A stretch of DNA of 64,000 nt from Deltaproteobacteria bacterium (lineage in GTDB: Bacteria; Desulfobacterota; Binatia; UTPRO1): NCBI GenBank assembly GCA_020852955.1, contig JADYZW010000016.1:130801-194800 (forward strand), given 5' to 3'. The notes beneath the pieces are model-generated. The model did not search any database, was not told the origin of the DNA, and saw only the letters and a program-made list of their open reading frames with translations. The first letter of the stretch is position 1. Each line of letters begins with the position of its first letter. Positions 7,638 to 17,450 of the stretch are shown piece after piece. Position numbers and translations under genes: made by a program.

Positions 7638-8762
7638 CCCGCAGTCCCGCCGATCTTCGAAAGCAGGTACGCCTGGATGAACCGGTCGAGGTCGCCGTCG
7701 AGCACGGCGTCGGTGTTGCCGATCTCGCAGCCGGTCCGGTGGTCCTTCACCATCCGATACGGGTGCAGCACGTAGGAGCGGATCTGGCTCCCGAAGCCGA
7801 TCTCCTTCTTGCTCTTGCTGAAGGCGTCGAGCTTCTCCTTCTGCTTTTCCATCTCGAGGTCGTAGAGCTTGGCGCGCAGGATCTTCATCGCCATCGCCTT
7901 GTTCTTGTGCTGGGAGCGCTCGTTCTGACACGCGACCACGATGCCGGTCGGCATGTGCGTCAGGCGGACCGCGGAGTCGGTCTTGTTGACGTGCTGCCCG
8001 CCGGCGCCGCTCGAGCGGTAGGTGTCGACACGGAGGTCCGCTTCGTCGATCTCGACCTCGATGTCGTCCTCGATCTCCGGATAGACGAAGACCGACGCGA
8101 ACGACGTCTGCCGGCGCGCGTTGGCGTCGAACGGCGAGATGCGAACCAGGCGGTGGATGCCAGACTCGGCGTGCAGATAGCCGTACGCGTACTCGCCCTC
8201 GATCGTGATCGTGGCGCTCTTGATGCCGGCGCCCTCGCCCTCCTGCTGCTCGAGAACCTCGACCTTGTAGCCCTTCCGCTCGCACCAGCGGAGGTACATG
8301 CGGAAGAGCATCTCGGCCCAGTCCTGGGCTTCGAGACCGCCGGCGCCGGGGTGGATGCTCAGGATCGCATTGCCGGCGTCGTGCTCGCCCCCGAGCATCT
8401 GCCGCATCTCGAGGGTGCCGATCCCCTCCTCCACGGCCTGCGCCTTGGCGATGCCTTCGGCGACCGCGTCGGGATCGCCCTCGACGGCGAGTTCGAGGAA
8501 GACGTTGGCGTCGTCGAGCTCGCCGCGCTGCTTCCGCCAGCCGTCGAGCGCCGACGTCAGATGCGCGCGCTCGCGCTGGACCTTCTGCGCCCGCTCGTGG
8601 TCGTTCCAGAAATCGGGCTGCCCCACCTGCTCGTCGAGCGCGCGCAGGCGCGCCTCCGTTCCCGGGACGTCAAAGATGCCCCCGAAGCGTCTCGAGTCGC
8701 CGTTCGAGCGACGCGAGGCGCTCCTTCAGCTCGTTGGTGGTGACCTCCGGCGTCGTGCTCAT
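7634..8762 (-). CDS. prfB: Peptide chain release factor 2, encoded in two frames with a programmed +1 ribosomal frameshift
   Basis: Frame 1 runs from ATG 8762 through MSTTPEVTTNELKERLASLERRLETLRGHL to an in-frame TGA at 8672-8670. Frame 2 runs from 8671 down to the stop at 7634 and encodes DVPGTEARLRALDEQVGQPDFWND...SPF...GGQHVNKTDSAVR (SPF and GGQ motifs). The shift site is CTT TGA C. Confidence 0.9.
8669..8684 (-). promoter_or_regulatory. RF2 autoregulatory +1 frameshift cassette: SD-like GGGGG, then CTT TGA C
   Basis: The minus strand reads CGGGGGCATCTTTGAC. The well-known E. coli cassette is AGGGGGTATCTTTGAC. Confidence 0.85.
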
Positions 8763-10360
8763 GTCTCCTCCGTCGCGGCGTCCGCGCGCCCGCTCCCGCC
8801 GACGATCGCGACGAGCACGAGCCACGCGAAGCACCCGTACACGAACACGTCACCGAAGCGGGCATAGAACGTCTGGATCCCGATCCAGCTGATGCTGTCG
8901 GCGCGCCACGCCGACTCGAAGAGCCCGGTACGCCAGCGGATCGTCCCGTCGGCGTCGACCATAGCAGAGAAACCGGTGTTCGCCACGCGCACGAGGGGCA
9001 CCCGGTTCTCGATCGCCCGGAACGTCGCCATCGCCAGGTGCTGGTAGGGCGCGGACGTACGGCCGAACCAGGCGTCGTTGGTGATGTTGATCAGGAAGTC
9101 GGCGCCTCCGTCCACGAAGCGGCGCGTGAGGTCCGGAAAAATTCCTTCGTAGCAGATGAGCGTTCCGAAGTTGCCTCGCGCCGTCCGGAAGACGACCGGC
9201 GTGTCGCCGGCCCGGAAGTCGCCGACGCCTTCCACCACCTTGTCGACGAAAAAGAAGAGCGACTTCAGGGGCACGTACTCGCCGAAGGGCACCAGCTCCA
9301 TCTTGTCGTAGAACTGGTCGGCGGCGCCGTCGGGTTCGACCAGATAGACGCGGTTGTGCATCCTGAGCGTCGCGTGATCGTAGCTGAACGCCGGGCTCCC
9401 GACGACCAGCCATACGTGGAGGCGGCGCGCGAGGTCGAGGATGCGATCGCGGAGATCGCTCTCCTGCTGGAAGAAGAACGGCGCGGCGGTCTCCGGCCAC
9501 ACGACGAGTTCCGCGCCATCGGCAACCGCCTTCCGCGTGAGCGCCTCGTACCGATCGATGGTGGCTGCCTGATGGGCCGGATCCCATTTCACGTCCTGGG
9601 CGACGTTGCCCTGGATGAACCCGACGCGGAGCGTGCCCCGCGCCGGCCGCGCGGCGAGGTCGTCCACGCGCCAGTAGCCCCACCCCACGAGCGCCACCAG
9701 CAGCGACGCGAGCGCCAGCATCGCGCGCGTGTTCGGGGGCGCGCCCGCGAGCCAACGACGGACCGCCGTGTAGACGACGACGTTCACCAGCACGACCAGC
9801 GCCGAGAGGCCGTAGATCCCCGTCACCTCCACGAACTGCACGAGATAGATCGCACGGTACTGCGAGTAGCCGAGGCTCACCCACGGGAACCCCCCGAGGA
9901 TGTAGGTGCGGATCCATTCGACGACGACCCAGGCCGCCGGCGCCACGAAAGCGATCGCGATACCGCGGCGCCGCGCCCATTCGCAGGCGGCGGCGACGAT
10001 CCCGAACCCGAGCGCCAGGAACGCGCAGAGGAGGAGGAGCGGACCGACGCTCACCAGCGGCGACAAGTTCGTGTAGGTGCCGATCGTCAGCACGAGCCAG
10101 TAGAGCGTCGCGAGATAGAACGCGACGCCCGCGAGCCACCCCGCGCGGAACGCCGCGCCGATGCCGCGCCCGAGGGCAGCGAGGAGGAGCGGCACGAGCG
10201 CCACCCAGGCGACGGGGGCCCAATCGACGACGGGAAAGGCGAGCGCGAGTCCGGCGCCGCTCATGGCGGCGAGCGCGCGCGCGCGCCGTCCCTCGAAGAC
10301 CGGAGCCCCGGGAGCGATCGTCGTCCGGCGCGCGTGCGGTGGCCCGCCGTTCCCGGTCAC
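8759..10360 (-). CDS. lnt: Apolipoprotein N-acyltransferase
   Basis: The N-terminus is polytopic. The C-terminus is a CN-hydrolase domain (LVVWPETAAPFF..., GTLICYEGIFPDL, LINITNDAWFG). The GTG start overlaps the ybeY stop (GTGA). The stop overlaps the prfB ATG (ATGA). Confidence 0.85.
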   Translation of the reverse strand: MTGNGGPPHARRTTIAPGAPVFEGRRARALAAMSGAGLALAFPVVDWAPVAWVALVPLLLAALGRGIGAAFRAGWLAGVAFYLATLYWLVLTIGTYTNLSPLVSVGPLLLLCAFLALGFGIVAAACEWARRRGIAIAFVAPAAWVVVEWIRTYILGGFPWVSLGYSQYRAIYLVQFVEVTGIYGLSALVVLVNVVVYTAVRRWLAGAPPNTRAMLALASLLVALVGWGYWRVDDLAARPARGTLRVGFIQGNVAQDVKWDPAHQAATIDRYEALTRKAVADGAELVVWPETAAPFFFQQESDLRDRILDLARRLHVWLVVGSPAFSYDHATLRMHNRVYLVEPDGAADQFYDKMELVPFGEYVPLKSLFFFVDKVVEGVGDFRAGDTPVVFRTARGNFGTLICYEGIFPDLTRRFVDGGADFLINITNDAWFGRTSAPYQHLAMATFRAIENRVPLVRVANTGFSAMVDADGTIRWRTGLFESAWRADSISWIGIQTFYARFGDVFVYGCFAWLVLVAIVGGSGRADAATEET

Positions 10361-10881
10361 GCGCGCCTCACGCGCGCCGCACGCGCTCGCGGACGGCGCG
10401 CCCGGGACGCGGGCGGACGCCCGGAGCGCGCGCGCGCGGGCGGAGTCAAGCGGCCGATCGCCGTCCGTACCGCCCGCGCCGTCCGCGCCATGCGGCGGTC
10501 CTCGGCCGGCGAGAGCTCGTGATCGAATCCGAGGAGATGCAGGATGCCGTGGATCACGAGCTCGTCGAGCACCGCCGCGAGCGGACGCCGGCGCTCGCGC
10601 GCCGCCAATGCCGCGGTATCGAGCGAGATCACCACGTCACCGAGGCTCGCGGCATCCGACGGCACCGGCGACGCATGGAGCGGGAACGCGAGCACGTCCG
10701 TCGGCCGGTTCTTCCCGCGATAGGCGCGGTTCAGCGCCCGCATCTCCGGATCGGCGACCAGCGAGACGCTGAGCTCGCTGCGGCGGATGCCCAGCGCGCG
10801 CAGCGCCTGTCGGGCCCGGGTCGCGATATAGCGGCTCCAGACAGCGCCGGTAGGCGTACGGCAGGCGAGAGCGACGGGCAT
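10357..10881 (-). CDS. ybeY: rRNA maturation endoribonuclease YbeY
   Basis: Contains the signature HGILHLLGFDH and NRPTDVLAFP. Confidence 0.85.
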   Translation of the reverse strand: MPVALACRTPTGAVWSRYIATRARQALRALGIRRSELSVSLVADPEMRALNRAYRGKNRPTDVLAFPLHASPVPSDAASLGDVVISLDTAALAARERRRPLAAVLDELVIHGILHLLGFDHELSPAEDRRMARTARAVRTAIGRLTPPARARSGRPPASRARRPRARAARVRRA

Positions 10882-10899
10882 GCGAACGCCGCGGACCGG

Positions 10900-11970
10900 T
10901 CAGGATTCGTTTCGGGCCGACGCGCCTTCGGCGCGCTCGTAGGCGGTGATGATGTCCTGCACCAGCCGATGCCGCACGACGTCGCGCTCGCTGAAGCGCA
11001 CGAACTTGATGTCGTCGATGTCCTTGAGGACGTGCTGCGCCTCCTTCAGGCCGGAGATCTTGCCGGCGGGAAGATCGGTCTGGGTGACGTCGCCCGTGAC
11101 GATCGCCTTCGACCCGTAGCCGAGCCGGGTGAGGAACATCTTCATCTGCTCCGGCGTCGTGTTCTGGGCCTCGTCGAGGATGACGAACGAGTCGTTCAGC
11201 GTGCGGCCGCGCATGAAGGCCAGCGGCGCGACCTCGATGGTCCCGCGCTCCAACATCTTTCGCGCCCGGTCGAAGTCCACCATGTCGTGCAGCGCGTCGT
11301 AGAGAGGGCGCAGATAGGGATTCACCTTCTCCGCGAGGTCGCCCGGCAGGAACCCGAGCTTCTCGCCCGCCTCGACCGCCGGCCGCGTGAGCACGATGCG
11401 CGTGAACTCCTGCTTGAGCACGGCGGCCACGCCCATGGCCATCGCGAGGTAGGTCTTGCCGGTGCCGGCCGGGCCGATCGCAAAGACGATGTCGTGCGTG
11501 CGGATCGAGTCGATGTAGGCCTTCTGCATCACGCTCTTCGGCGTGATCACGCGCTTCTGCGCGGCGATGTAGACGGTGTCCAGGAAGATGTCGCGGACGT
11601 TCGCGGTATGGTCGCTCGCGAGGATGCGGAGCGCGTAGTCGACGTCGCTCGCGTACACCGGGAAGCCGCGCTCGAGCACGCCGTAGAGCTGCGTCATGAC
11701 CCGGCCGGCGAGCTCGCGGTCCACCGGGTCGCCGCCGATCGAGACTGCCTTCCCGGCGACGCCGATCCGGACGCCGAGCGCCTTCTCGATCGCCTTCACG
11801 TGCTCGTCTTGGCGGCCGAGGAGCTCGTGGAAGAGCCGGTGGTCCTGGAACTCGAGCTCTACGACGTCCGGCCCGGTCGCGAGCGCGCCGCGCCGCGCCG
11901 ACGGCGCTCCGGCGGGTCCGTCCGGCGAGGGGGCGGCGCCCGCGCGCGCGGACGGCGGCGGGGGCCTCAT
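10900..11970 (-). CDS. phoH: PhoH-family ATPase
   Basis: Walker A motif GPAGTGKTY plus LTRPAVEAGEKLGFLPGDLAEKVNPYLRPLYDAL. The ATG overlaps the alaS stop (ATGA). Confidence 0.85.
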   Translation of the reverse strand: MRPPPPSARAGAAPSPDGPAGAPSARRGALATGPDVVELEFQDHRLFHELLGRQDEHVKAIEKALGVRIGVAGKAVSIGGDPVDRELAGRVMTQLYGVLERGFPVYASDVDYALRILASDHTANVRDIFLDTVYIAAQKRVITPKSVMQKAYIDSIRTHDIVFAIGPAGTGKTYLAMAMGVAAVLKQEFTRIVLTRPAVEAGEKLGFLPGDLAEKVNPYLRPLYDALHDMVDFDRARKMLERGTIEVAPLAFMRGRTLNDSFVILDEAQNTTPEQMKMFLTRLGYGSKAIVTGDVTQTDLPAGKISGLKEAQHVLKDIDDIKFVRFSERDVVRHRLVQDIITAYERAEGASARNES

Positions 11971-14585
11971 GCGAGCAGCTCGGGGACCATCGCAAGCGCT
12001 TCGTCGAGGCGCGCCGCGTCCTTGCCGCCGGCCTGCGCGAAGTCGGGCCGCCCGCCGCCGTTCCCGCCGACCAGCGGCGCGATGCGCTTGATGAGCTCGC
12101 CGGCGTGGTGGCGCTTGATGAGGTCCTTGCTCACGGCCGCGACCAGGCTCACCTTGCCGTCGTGGGCTGCGCCGAGCGCCACGACGCCACTCCCGAGCTT
12201 CTCCTTCAGGCGATCGGCGAGCTCACGGAGCGCCTTGTCGTCCAGGCCGTCGACGCGGGCGGCCAGCACCTTCACCCCGTTCCGCTCGACCGCATGCGAA
12301 AGCAGGTCGCCGCTCTGCGCCTTCGCCTGCTCGCGCTGCATCTTCTCGATGCGGCGCTCGAGCTCGCGGCTCTGCGCGAGGAGACGCTCGAGGCGCTCGA
12401 CCGCTTCTTCTTCCGACGCCTTCAACGCGGAGCCGATCTGCCGCAGGCGCTCCTCGCGTTCCTGCACCCAATCGAGCGCGCCGCCGCCGGTCATGGCCTC
12501 GATGCGCCGCACCCCGGCGGCGACGCCGCCCTCGGTGCGGAACTTGAAGAGCCCGATGTCGCCCGTCCGCTGCACGTGCGTACCGCCGCAGAGCTCGGTC
12601 GAGAAGGCCCCCATCTGCAACACCCGAACGCGGTCGCCGTACTTGTCGCCGAAGAAGGCGAGCGCGCCGCGCTTCATCGCGTCGTCGTAGGACATCTCTT
12701 CGCTCGCGCATTCGACGTTGGCGCGGATGCGGGCGTTGATCTCGTCCTCCATCGCGCCGAGATCCTCGGCGGAGATGGGGCCCGTGTGGTTGAAGTCGAA
12801 GCGCAACCGATCCGGCGCGACGAGCGAGCCCGCCTGCCGGACGTGCGCGCCGAGCCGCTCCCGCAGGACCCCGTGCATGAGATGGGTCGCCGAGTGGTTC
12901 AAGCGGATCCGCTCGCGGCGTGCGGCGTCGACCTCGAGCCGGACGTGATCGCCGGGCCCGACGCCGCCCTCGAGCACGCGGACCCGGTGCACGACGAGGT
13001 CGGGTCCCTGACGGATCGTGTCGAGCACCTCCATCGTGGCGCCGCGCTCGCTCACGATCCGACCGACGTCGCCCACCTGGCCCCCGGACTCGCCGTAGAA
13101 CGGCGTCTCTTCGGTCACGAGCTCCCCCGCCTCGCCGGCCCGGATGCCGCCCGAGCGGTCGCCGGCGGCGCCGCCGACGGCGGTGACCGTTGACTCCCAC
13201 GCGTAGATCCGGTCGCCGACGAAGCGGGAGCGATGCTCTCCGCTCGCCGCGCTCTGCGCCACGAACTTCTTGTGCTCGCGCCCGCGGGCGCGCTGCTCCT
13301 CCATCGCGCGCCGGAATCCGGCGTCGTCCACGGTGTGGCCACGACCGCGCACGATGTCCTCGGTCAGATCGAGCGGGAACCCGTAGGTGTCGTAGAGCTT
13401 GAACGCAACGTCGCCGGGCAGCACGCCGTTGTTCGCGGGCAGCTTCGCGATCTCGGCCTCAAGGAGCCCGAGCCCCTTGTCGAGCGTCTCGGCAAAGCGG
13501 CTCTCCTCTGTCTCGACCACCTCGGCGATGAAGGCCTGCCGCTCGCGGAGCTCCGGGTACGCGTTGCCGAGGATGCCGGACACGGCGTCGACGAGGCGCG
13601 TCAGGAACGGGCCGTCGAGCCCGAGCATCTTGCCGTGGCGGGCGGCGCGCCGGAGCACGCGGCGCAGCACGTAGCCGCGGCCCTCGTTCGACGGCAGCAC
13701 GTGATCGGCGATCATGAGGCTGACGGCGCGGGCATGATCGGCGATCACCCGGAACGAGACGTCGGCCTCGGGATCGGCGCCGTAGTGCCGGCGCGCCAGG
13801 GTCTCGGTGGCGTCGATGATGCCGCGGAAGAGATCGGTGTCGTAGTTGCTGAGGACGTTCTGCAGGACCGCGGTGATGCGCTCGAGGCCCATGCCGGTAT
13901 CGACGTGCTTCGAGGGCAGCTCGCGCAGGCTCTGGTCGGCCTCCCGGTTGTACTGGATGAAGACCAGGTTCCAGAGCTCGATGTAGCGCGCGCACTCGCC
14001 GTTCACACGGCAGACGTGCGGCTTGCCCTGCCGATCGCAGGCCGTCGGGCCGCGATCCAGATGGATCTCGGAGCACGGACCGCACGGACCGGTCTCGCCC
14101 ATCTCCCAGAAGTTCTCGCGCTCGAAGCGCAGCACGCGGTCGGCGGGCAGCGGGGTAACCTTCCTCCAGAGCTTCTCGGCCTCGTCGTCGGTCGTGTAGA
14201 CCGACGCCCAGATCTTGTCCTCGGGGAGCTTCCACTCCTTCACCAGGAGATCCCAGGCCCACTCGATCGACTCGGCCTTGTAGTAGTCGCCGAACGACCA
14301 GTTCCCGAGCATCTCGAAGAGCGTGTGATGATAGGTGTCGCGCCCGACCTGCTCGAGGTCGTTGTGTTTGCCCGAGAGCCTGAGACACTTCTGCGCGTCG
14401 ACGACCCGCGGGTGCGTGGGAGTCGCCTGCCCGAGGAAGATCTGCTTGAACTGAACCATCCCGGCGTTGGTGAACAGCAGGGACGGGTCCCCCTCGGGAA
14501 CGATCGGAGCGCTTCGTACCACCCGGTGATCACGGGCCGCGAAGAAGTCCAGGAAGCCCGCGCGAATCTCTCTACCGGTCGGCAC
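11967..14585 (-). CDS. alaS: Alanine--tRNA ligase
   Basis: The 872-aa ORF has an AlaRS N-terminus (IRAGFLDFFAARDHRVVRSAPIVP..DPSLLFTNAGMVQFK), the editing-domain HSATHLMH / CGGTH motifs and a C-terminal DHHA1-like region. It starts with GTG. Confidence 0.92.
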   Translation of the reverse strand: MPTGREIRAGFLDFFAARDHRVVRSAPIVPEGDPSLLFTNAGMVQFKQIFLGQATPTHPRVVDAQKCLRLSGKHNDLEQVGRDTYHHTLFEMLGNWSFGDYYKAESIEWAWDLLVKEWKLPEDKIWASVYTTDDEAEKLWRKVTPLPADRVLRFERENFWEMGETGPCGPCSEIHLDRGPTACDRQGKPHVCRVNGECARYIELWNLVFIQYNREADQSLRELPSKHVDTGMGLERITAVLQNVLSNYDTDLFRGIIDATETLARRHYGADPEADVSFRVIADHARAVSLMIADHVLPSNEGRGYVLRRVLRRAARHGKMLGLDGPFLTRLVDAVSGILGNAYPELRERQAFIAEVVETEESRFAETLDKGLGLLEAEIAKLPANNGVLPGDVAFKLYDTYGFPLDLTEDIVRGRGHTVDDAGFRRAMEEQRARGREHKKFVAQSAASGEHRSRFVGDRIYAWESTVTAVGGAAGDRSGGIRAGEAGELVTEETPFYGESGGQVGDVGRIVSERGATMEVLDTIRQGPDLVVHRVRVLEGGVGPGDHVRLEVDAARRERIRLNHSATHLMHGVLRERLGAHVRQAGSLVAPDRLRFDFNHTGPISAEDLGAMEDEINARIRANVECASEEMSYDDAMKRGALAFFGDKYGDRVRVLQMGAFSTELCGGTHVQRTGDIGLFKFRTEGGVAAGVRRIEAMTGGGALDWVQEREERLRQIGSALKASEEEAVERLERLLAQSRELERRIEKMQREQAKAQSGDLLSHAVERNGVKVLAARVDGLDDKALRELADRLKEKLGSGVVALGAAHDGKVSLVAAVSKDLIKRHHAGELIKRIAPLVGGNGGGRPDFAQAGGKDAARLDEALAMVPELLA

Positions 14586-14591
14586 TTGGCG

Positions 14592-15203
14592 CTAGTCGTC
14601 CTCTCCGAGAATCTCGCTCACGATGTCCGGTGGATGCCCGCGACCGAGGAGGAAGCGACACGCCCTCGCCCGGTCCGCCCGCGAGACCGGCGCCGCGGCG
14701 CCGAACCGCCGCTCGAGCGCCGCTCGTCCGAGGGCAACCTCGCTCCGGCCTTCGAGCACCCCGGCAATCGCACGATCGATGACGGTATCGGTGAGGCCTC
14801 TGCGAGTCAATTCGTGGGCGACTTTCACACGCCCGGCGCCCCGTCGGAGGAAGAGATCCTCGGCGCGGCGCTCGGCGAGGGCGGCGTCGTCGAGGTACCC
14901 GCGTGCGACCAGCCGCTCCAGGGTGGCCGCGACGACGTCCGCGTCCGTCCCGCGCGTCGTCAGGTGCTCCGCCACCTCCGCCGCCGAACGCGCCGCCCGC
15001 GCCAGGAACGCCGCCGCGGCCGCGCACGCGTCCTCGTGGGGGTCGGCCGGCGTCTCGGACTCAGAAGCGGTCGATCTTGAACGCCGCGCCCTGACCGCTG
15101 TCGGCACGCTCGCCCTTGTCGAACTGATCCCAGCGGGCGTCGCTCGTGGAGGCGATGCCGCGGACCTTGAGGGCGAAGTCGTCGGGGTTCGTCGCTTGCG
15201 CAA
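14592..15203 (-). CDS. recX: Recombination regulator RecX (start uncertain)
   Basis: RecX-like three-helix repeats are present (AFLARAARSAAEVAEHLTTRG..., LERLVARGYLDDAALAERRAEDL..., RVKVAHELTRRGL). There is no canonical start between the pilT stop (15061) and the first conserved helix. The gene must therefore start inside the pilT 3' end, at ATG 15203 or GTG 15107. Confidence 0.7.
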   Translation of the reverse strand: MRKRRTPTTSPSRSAASPPRATPAGISSTRASVPTAVRARRSRSTASESETPADPHEDACAAAAAFLARAARSAAEVAEHLTTRGTDADVVAATLERLVARGYLDDAALAERRAEDLFLRRGAGRVKVAHELTRRGLTDTVIDRAIAGVLEGRSEVALGRAALERRFGAAAPVSRADRARACRFLLGRGHPPDIVSEILGEDD

Positions 15204-16218
15204 GCGCCTCTTCGTACGTGATCAGGTCCTCGCGGAAAAGCGCCATCAACGACTGATCGAACGTCTGCATGCCGTAGGTGGCATGGCCGCGCGCGATCGC
15301 GTCGGTGAGCTCGTGCGTGCGCTCCTTCTGCGCGATGCACTCGCGCACGAGGGCTGTCGACAAGAGCACCTCGACCGCCGGCACCATGCCCTTCCCGTCG
15401 GCGCGCTTCACGAGCCGCTGGCTGATGATGCCCTTGATGACCGACGAGAGGATCAGGCGGATCTGGTCGCGCTGGTGCTCGGGAAACGCCGAGATCGCGC
15501 GCGTCACGGTCTCGCGCGCGTCGAGGGTGTGCAGCGTGCTCATGACCAGATGTCCCGTCTCGGCGGCCAGGATCGCGGTCTCGATCGTCTCGAGATCGCG
15601 CATTTCCCCGACCAGGATCACGTCCGGATCCTGACGGAGCGCGCCGCGCAGCCCGTCGGCGAACGTCCGGCAGTCGTAGCCGATCTCGCGCTGGTTGATG
15701 ATGCAGAGGTCGTCGGTGTGGGTGTACTCGATCGGATCCTCGATGGTGATGATGTGACGATCGCGGGTGATGTTGACGTGGTGGATCATCGAGGCGAGCG
15801 TCGTGCTCTTGCCGCTGCCCGTGGTCCCGGTCACGAGGATGAGGCCGCGATGCTCGAGCGCGATCTGCTCCACCACCGGCGGCAGCTTGAGATCGCGGAT
15901 CGTACGGACCTGCGGCGGGATCACGCGGAGCGCGATCGAGATCTCGCCGCGCTGGTGGAAGATGTTGACGCGGAACCGGCCGTTCCCGGGGCTCGCGTAC
16001 GCCAGGTCGGCCTGCAACCGCTCCCGCAGATGGGCTTCGTGATGCTCGTCGAGCAAGCGGGCGAGGAAGCCGCCCATGTCTTCCCGGCTGAGAGTTCCCG
16101 CGCCTTCCATCGGAACGAGCCGCCCATGCGCTCGAAACATGGGCGGCCGTTCGACTTTCAGATGGACGTCGGAAGCCGCGATCGCGATGCCGTGCCCGAG
16201 AATCGTGTCAAGTTCCAT
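15061..16218 (-). CDS. pilT: PilT/PilU-family type IV pilus retraction ATPase
   Basis: Motifs present: Walker A GTTGSGKST, Asp box, Walker B DVILVGEMRD and His box TGHLVMSTLHT. The start is taken at MELDTIL (ATG 16218), 13 nt downstream of the recA stop. The longer track ORF would overlap recA. Confidence 0.8.
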   Translation of the reverse strand: MELDTILGHGIAIAASDVHLKVERPPMFRAHGRLVPMEGAGTLSREDMGGFLARLLDEHHEAHLRERLQADLAYASPGNGRFRVNIFHQRGEISIALRVIPPQVRTIRDLKLPPVVEQIALEHRGLILVTGTTGSGKSTTLASMIHHVNITRDRHIITIEDPIEYTHTDDLCIINQREIGYDCRTFADGLRGALRQDPDVILVGEMRDLETIETAILAAETGHLVMSTLHTLDARETVTRAISAFPEHQRDQIRLILSSVIKGIISQRLVKRADGKGMVPAVEVLLSTALVRECIAQKERTHELTDAIARGHATYGMQTFDQSLMALFREDLITYEEALAQATNPDDFALKVRGIASTSDARWDQFDKGERADSGQGAAFKIDRF

Positions 16219-16231
16219 GCGGTCTGTCCGG

Positions 16232-17275
16232 TCAGTCCGCGGCTCCTCCATTCCCGGCGCTGGCCGGAGTTGCGAGGCCGCACTTCTCCCGGATCCTCCG
16301 CTCGATGACATCGGCCGTTTCGCGATTCTCCTTGAGGAACTCCTTCGTGTTCTCGCGCCCCTGACCGATCCGCTCACCCTCGAAGGAGTACCAAGCCCCG
16401 CTTTTCTCCACGATTCCGAGCTCGGAGCCGATGTCGACGAGTTCGCCTTCCTTGGAGATGCCGGTGCCGTAGAGGATGTCGAACTCGGCCTCGCGGAAGG
16501 GCGGCGCGACCTTGTTCTTGACCACCTTCACCTTGGTGCGGCTGCCGACGATCTGGTCGGCCTGCTTGATGGCGGCGATGCGGCGGATGTCGAGCCGGAC
16601 CGACGAGTAGAACTTGAGCGCATTGCCCCCCGTCGTGGTCTCCGGGTTGCCGAACATCACGCCAATCTTCATGCGAATCTGATTGATGAAGACGACGATG
16701 GTGTTGGACTTGGCGATGGTGCCGGTGAGCTTGCGGAGGGCCTGCGACATGAGCCGCGCCTGGAGGCCCATCTGCGGATCGCCCATATCGCCCTCGATCT
16801 CGGCGCGCGGCACGAGCGCGGCGACCGAGTCGACCACGAGGACGTCGATGGCGCCGCTGCGCACGAGCGTCTCGGCGATCTCGAGCGCCTGCTCGCCGTG
16901 GTCGGGCTGCGAGATGAGGAGGTCTTCGGTCTTCACGCCGAGCTTGCGCGCGTAGACGACGTCGAGGGCATGCTCGGCATCGATGAACGCGCAGATGCCG
17001 CCCTTCTTCTGCGACTGGGAGATCACCTGGAGCGCGAGCGTCGTCTTGCCGGACGACTCGGGCCCGTAGATCTCGATGACGCGGCCGCGCGGCAGCCCGC
17101 CGACCCCGAGCGCCAGGTCGAGCCCGAGCGAGCCCGTGGAGATGGTCTCGACGTCGCGGATGAGCGCGTCGGCGCCGAGCTTCATGATGGCGCCCTTGCC
17201 GAACTGCTTCTCGATCTGGCTGACCGCGAGATCGATGGCGCGATCGCGATTCACTTCTGCTGCCATGGTTGCCAT
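16232..17275 (-). CDS. recA: Recombinase RecA
   Basis: Canonical RecA sequence ([35 protein letters not shown]). An SD, GGGAGGGGG, lies upstream of the ATG. Confidence 0.95.
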   Translation of the reverse strand: MATMAAEVNRDRAIDLAVSQIEKQFGKGAIMKLGADALIRDVETISTGSLGLDLALGVGGLPRGRVIEIYGPESSGKTTLALQVISQSQKKGGICAFIDAEHALDVVYARKLGVKTEDLLISQPDHGEQALEIAETLVRSGAIDVLVVDSVAALVPRAEIEGDMGDPQMGLQARLMSQALRKLTGTIAKSNTIVVFINQIRMKIGVMFGNPETTTGGNALKFYSSVRLDIRRIAAIKQADQIVGSRTKVKVVKNKVAPPFREAEFDILYGTGISKEGELVDIGSELGIVEKSGAWYSFEGERIGQGRENTKEFLKENRETADVIERRIREKCGLATPASAGNGGAAD

Positions 17276-17450
17276 ACCCCCTCCCTTTCACCTCGAATTG
17301 CGGTCGGACGCGGGTGTCGTCCTCCCGATGCGTGCAGGTCCTATTCGCTGGTGAGTGCGTCGTACACCGCGGGGCACGGCTTCGAATATCCGTCCGGCAA
17401 CCGCTGTCGGCGACGCGCGCGGCGCCCGTGTACCCGACTCGTTCGCATCG

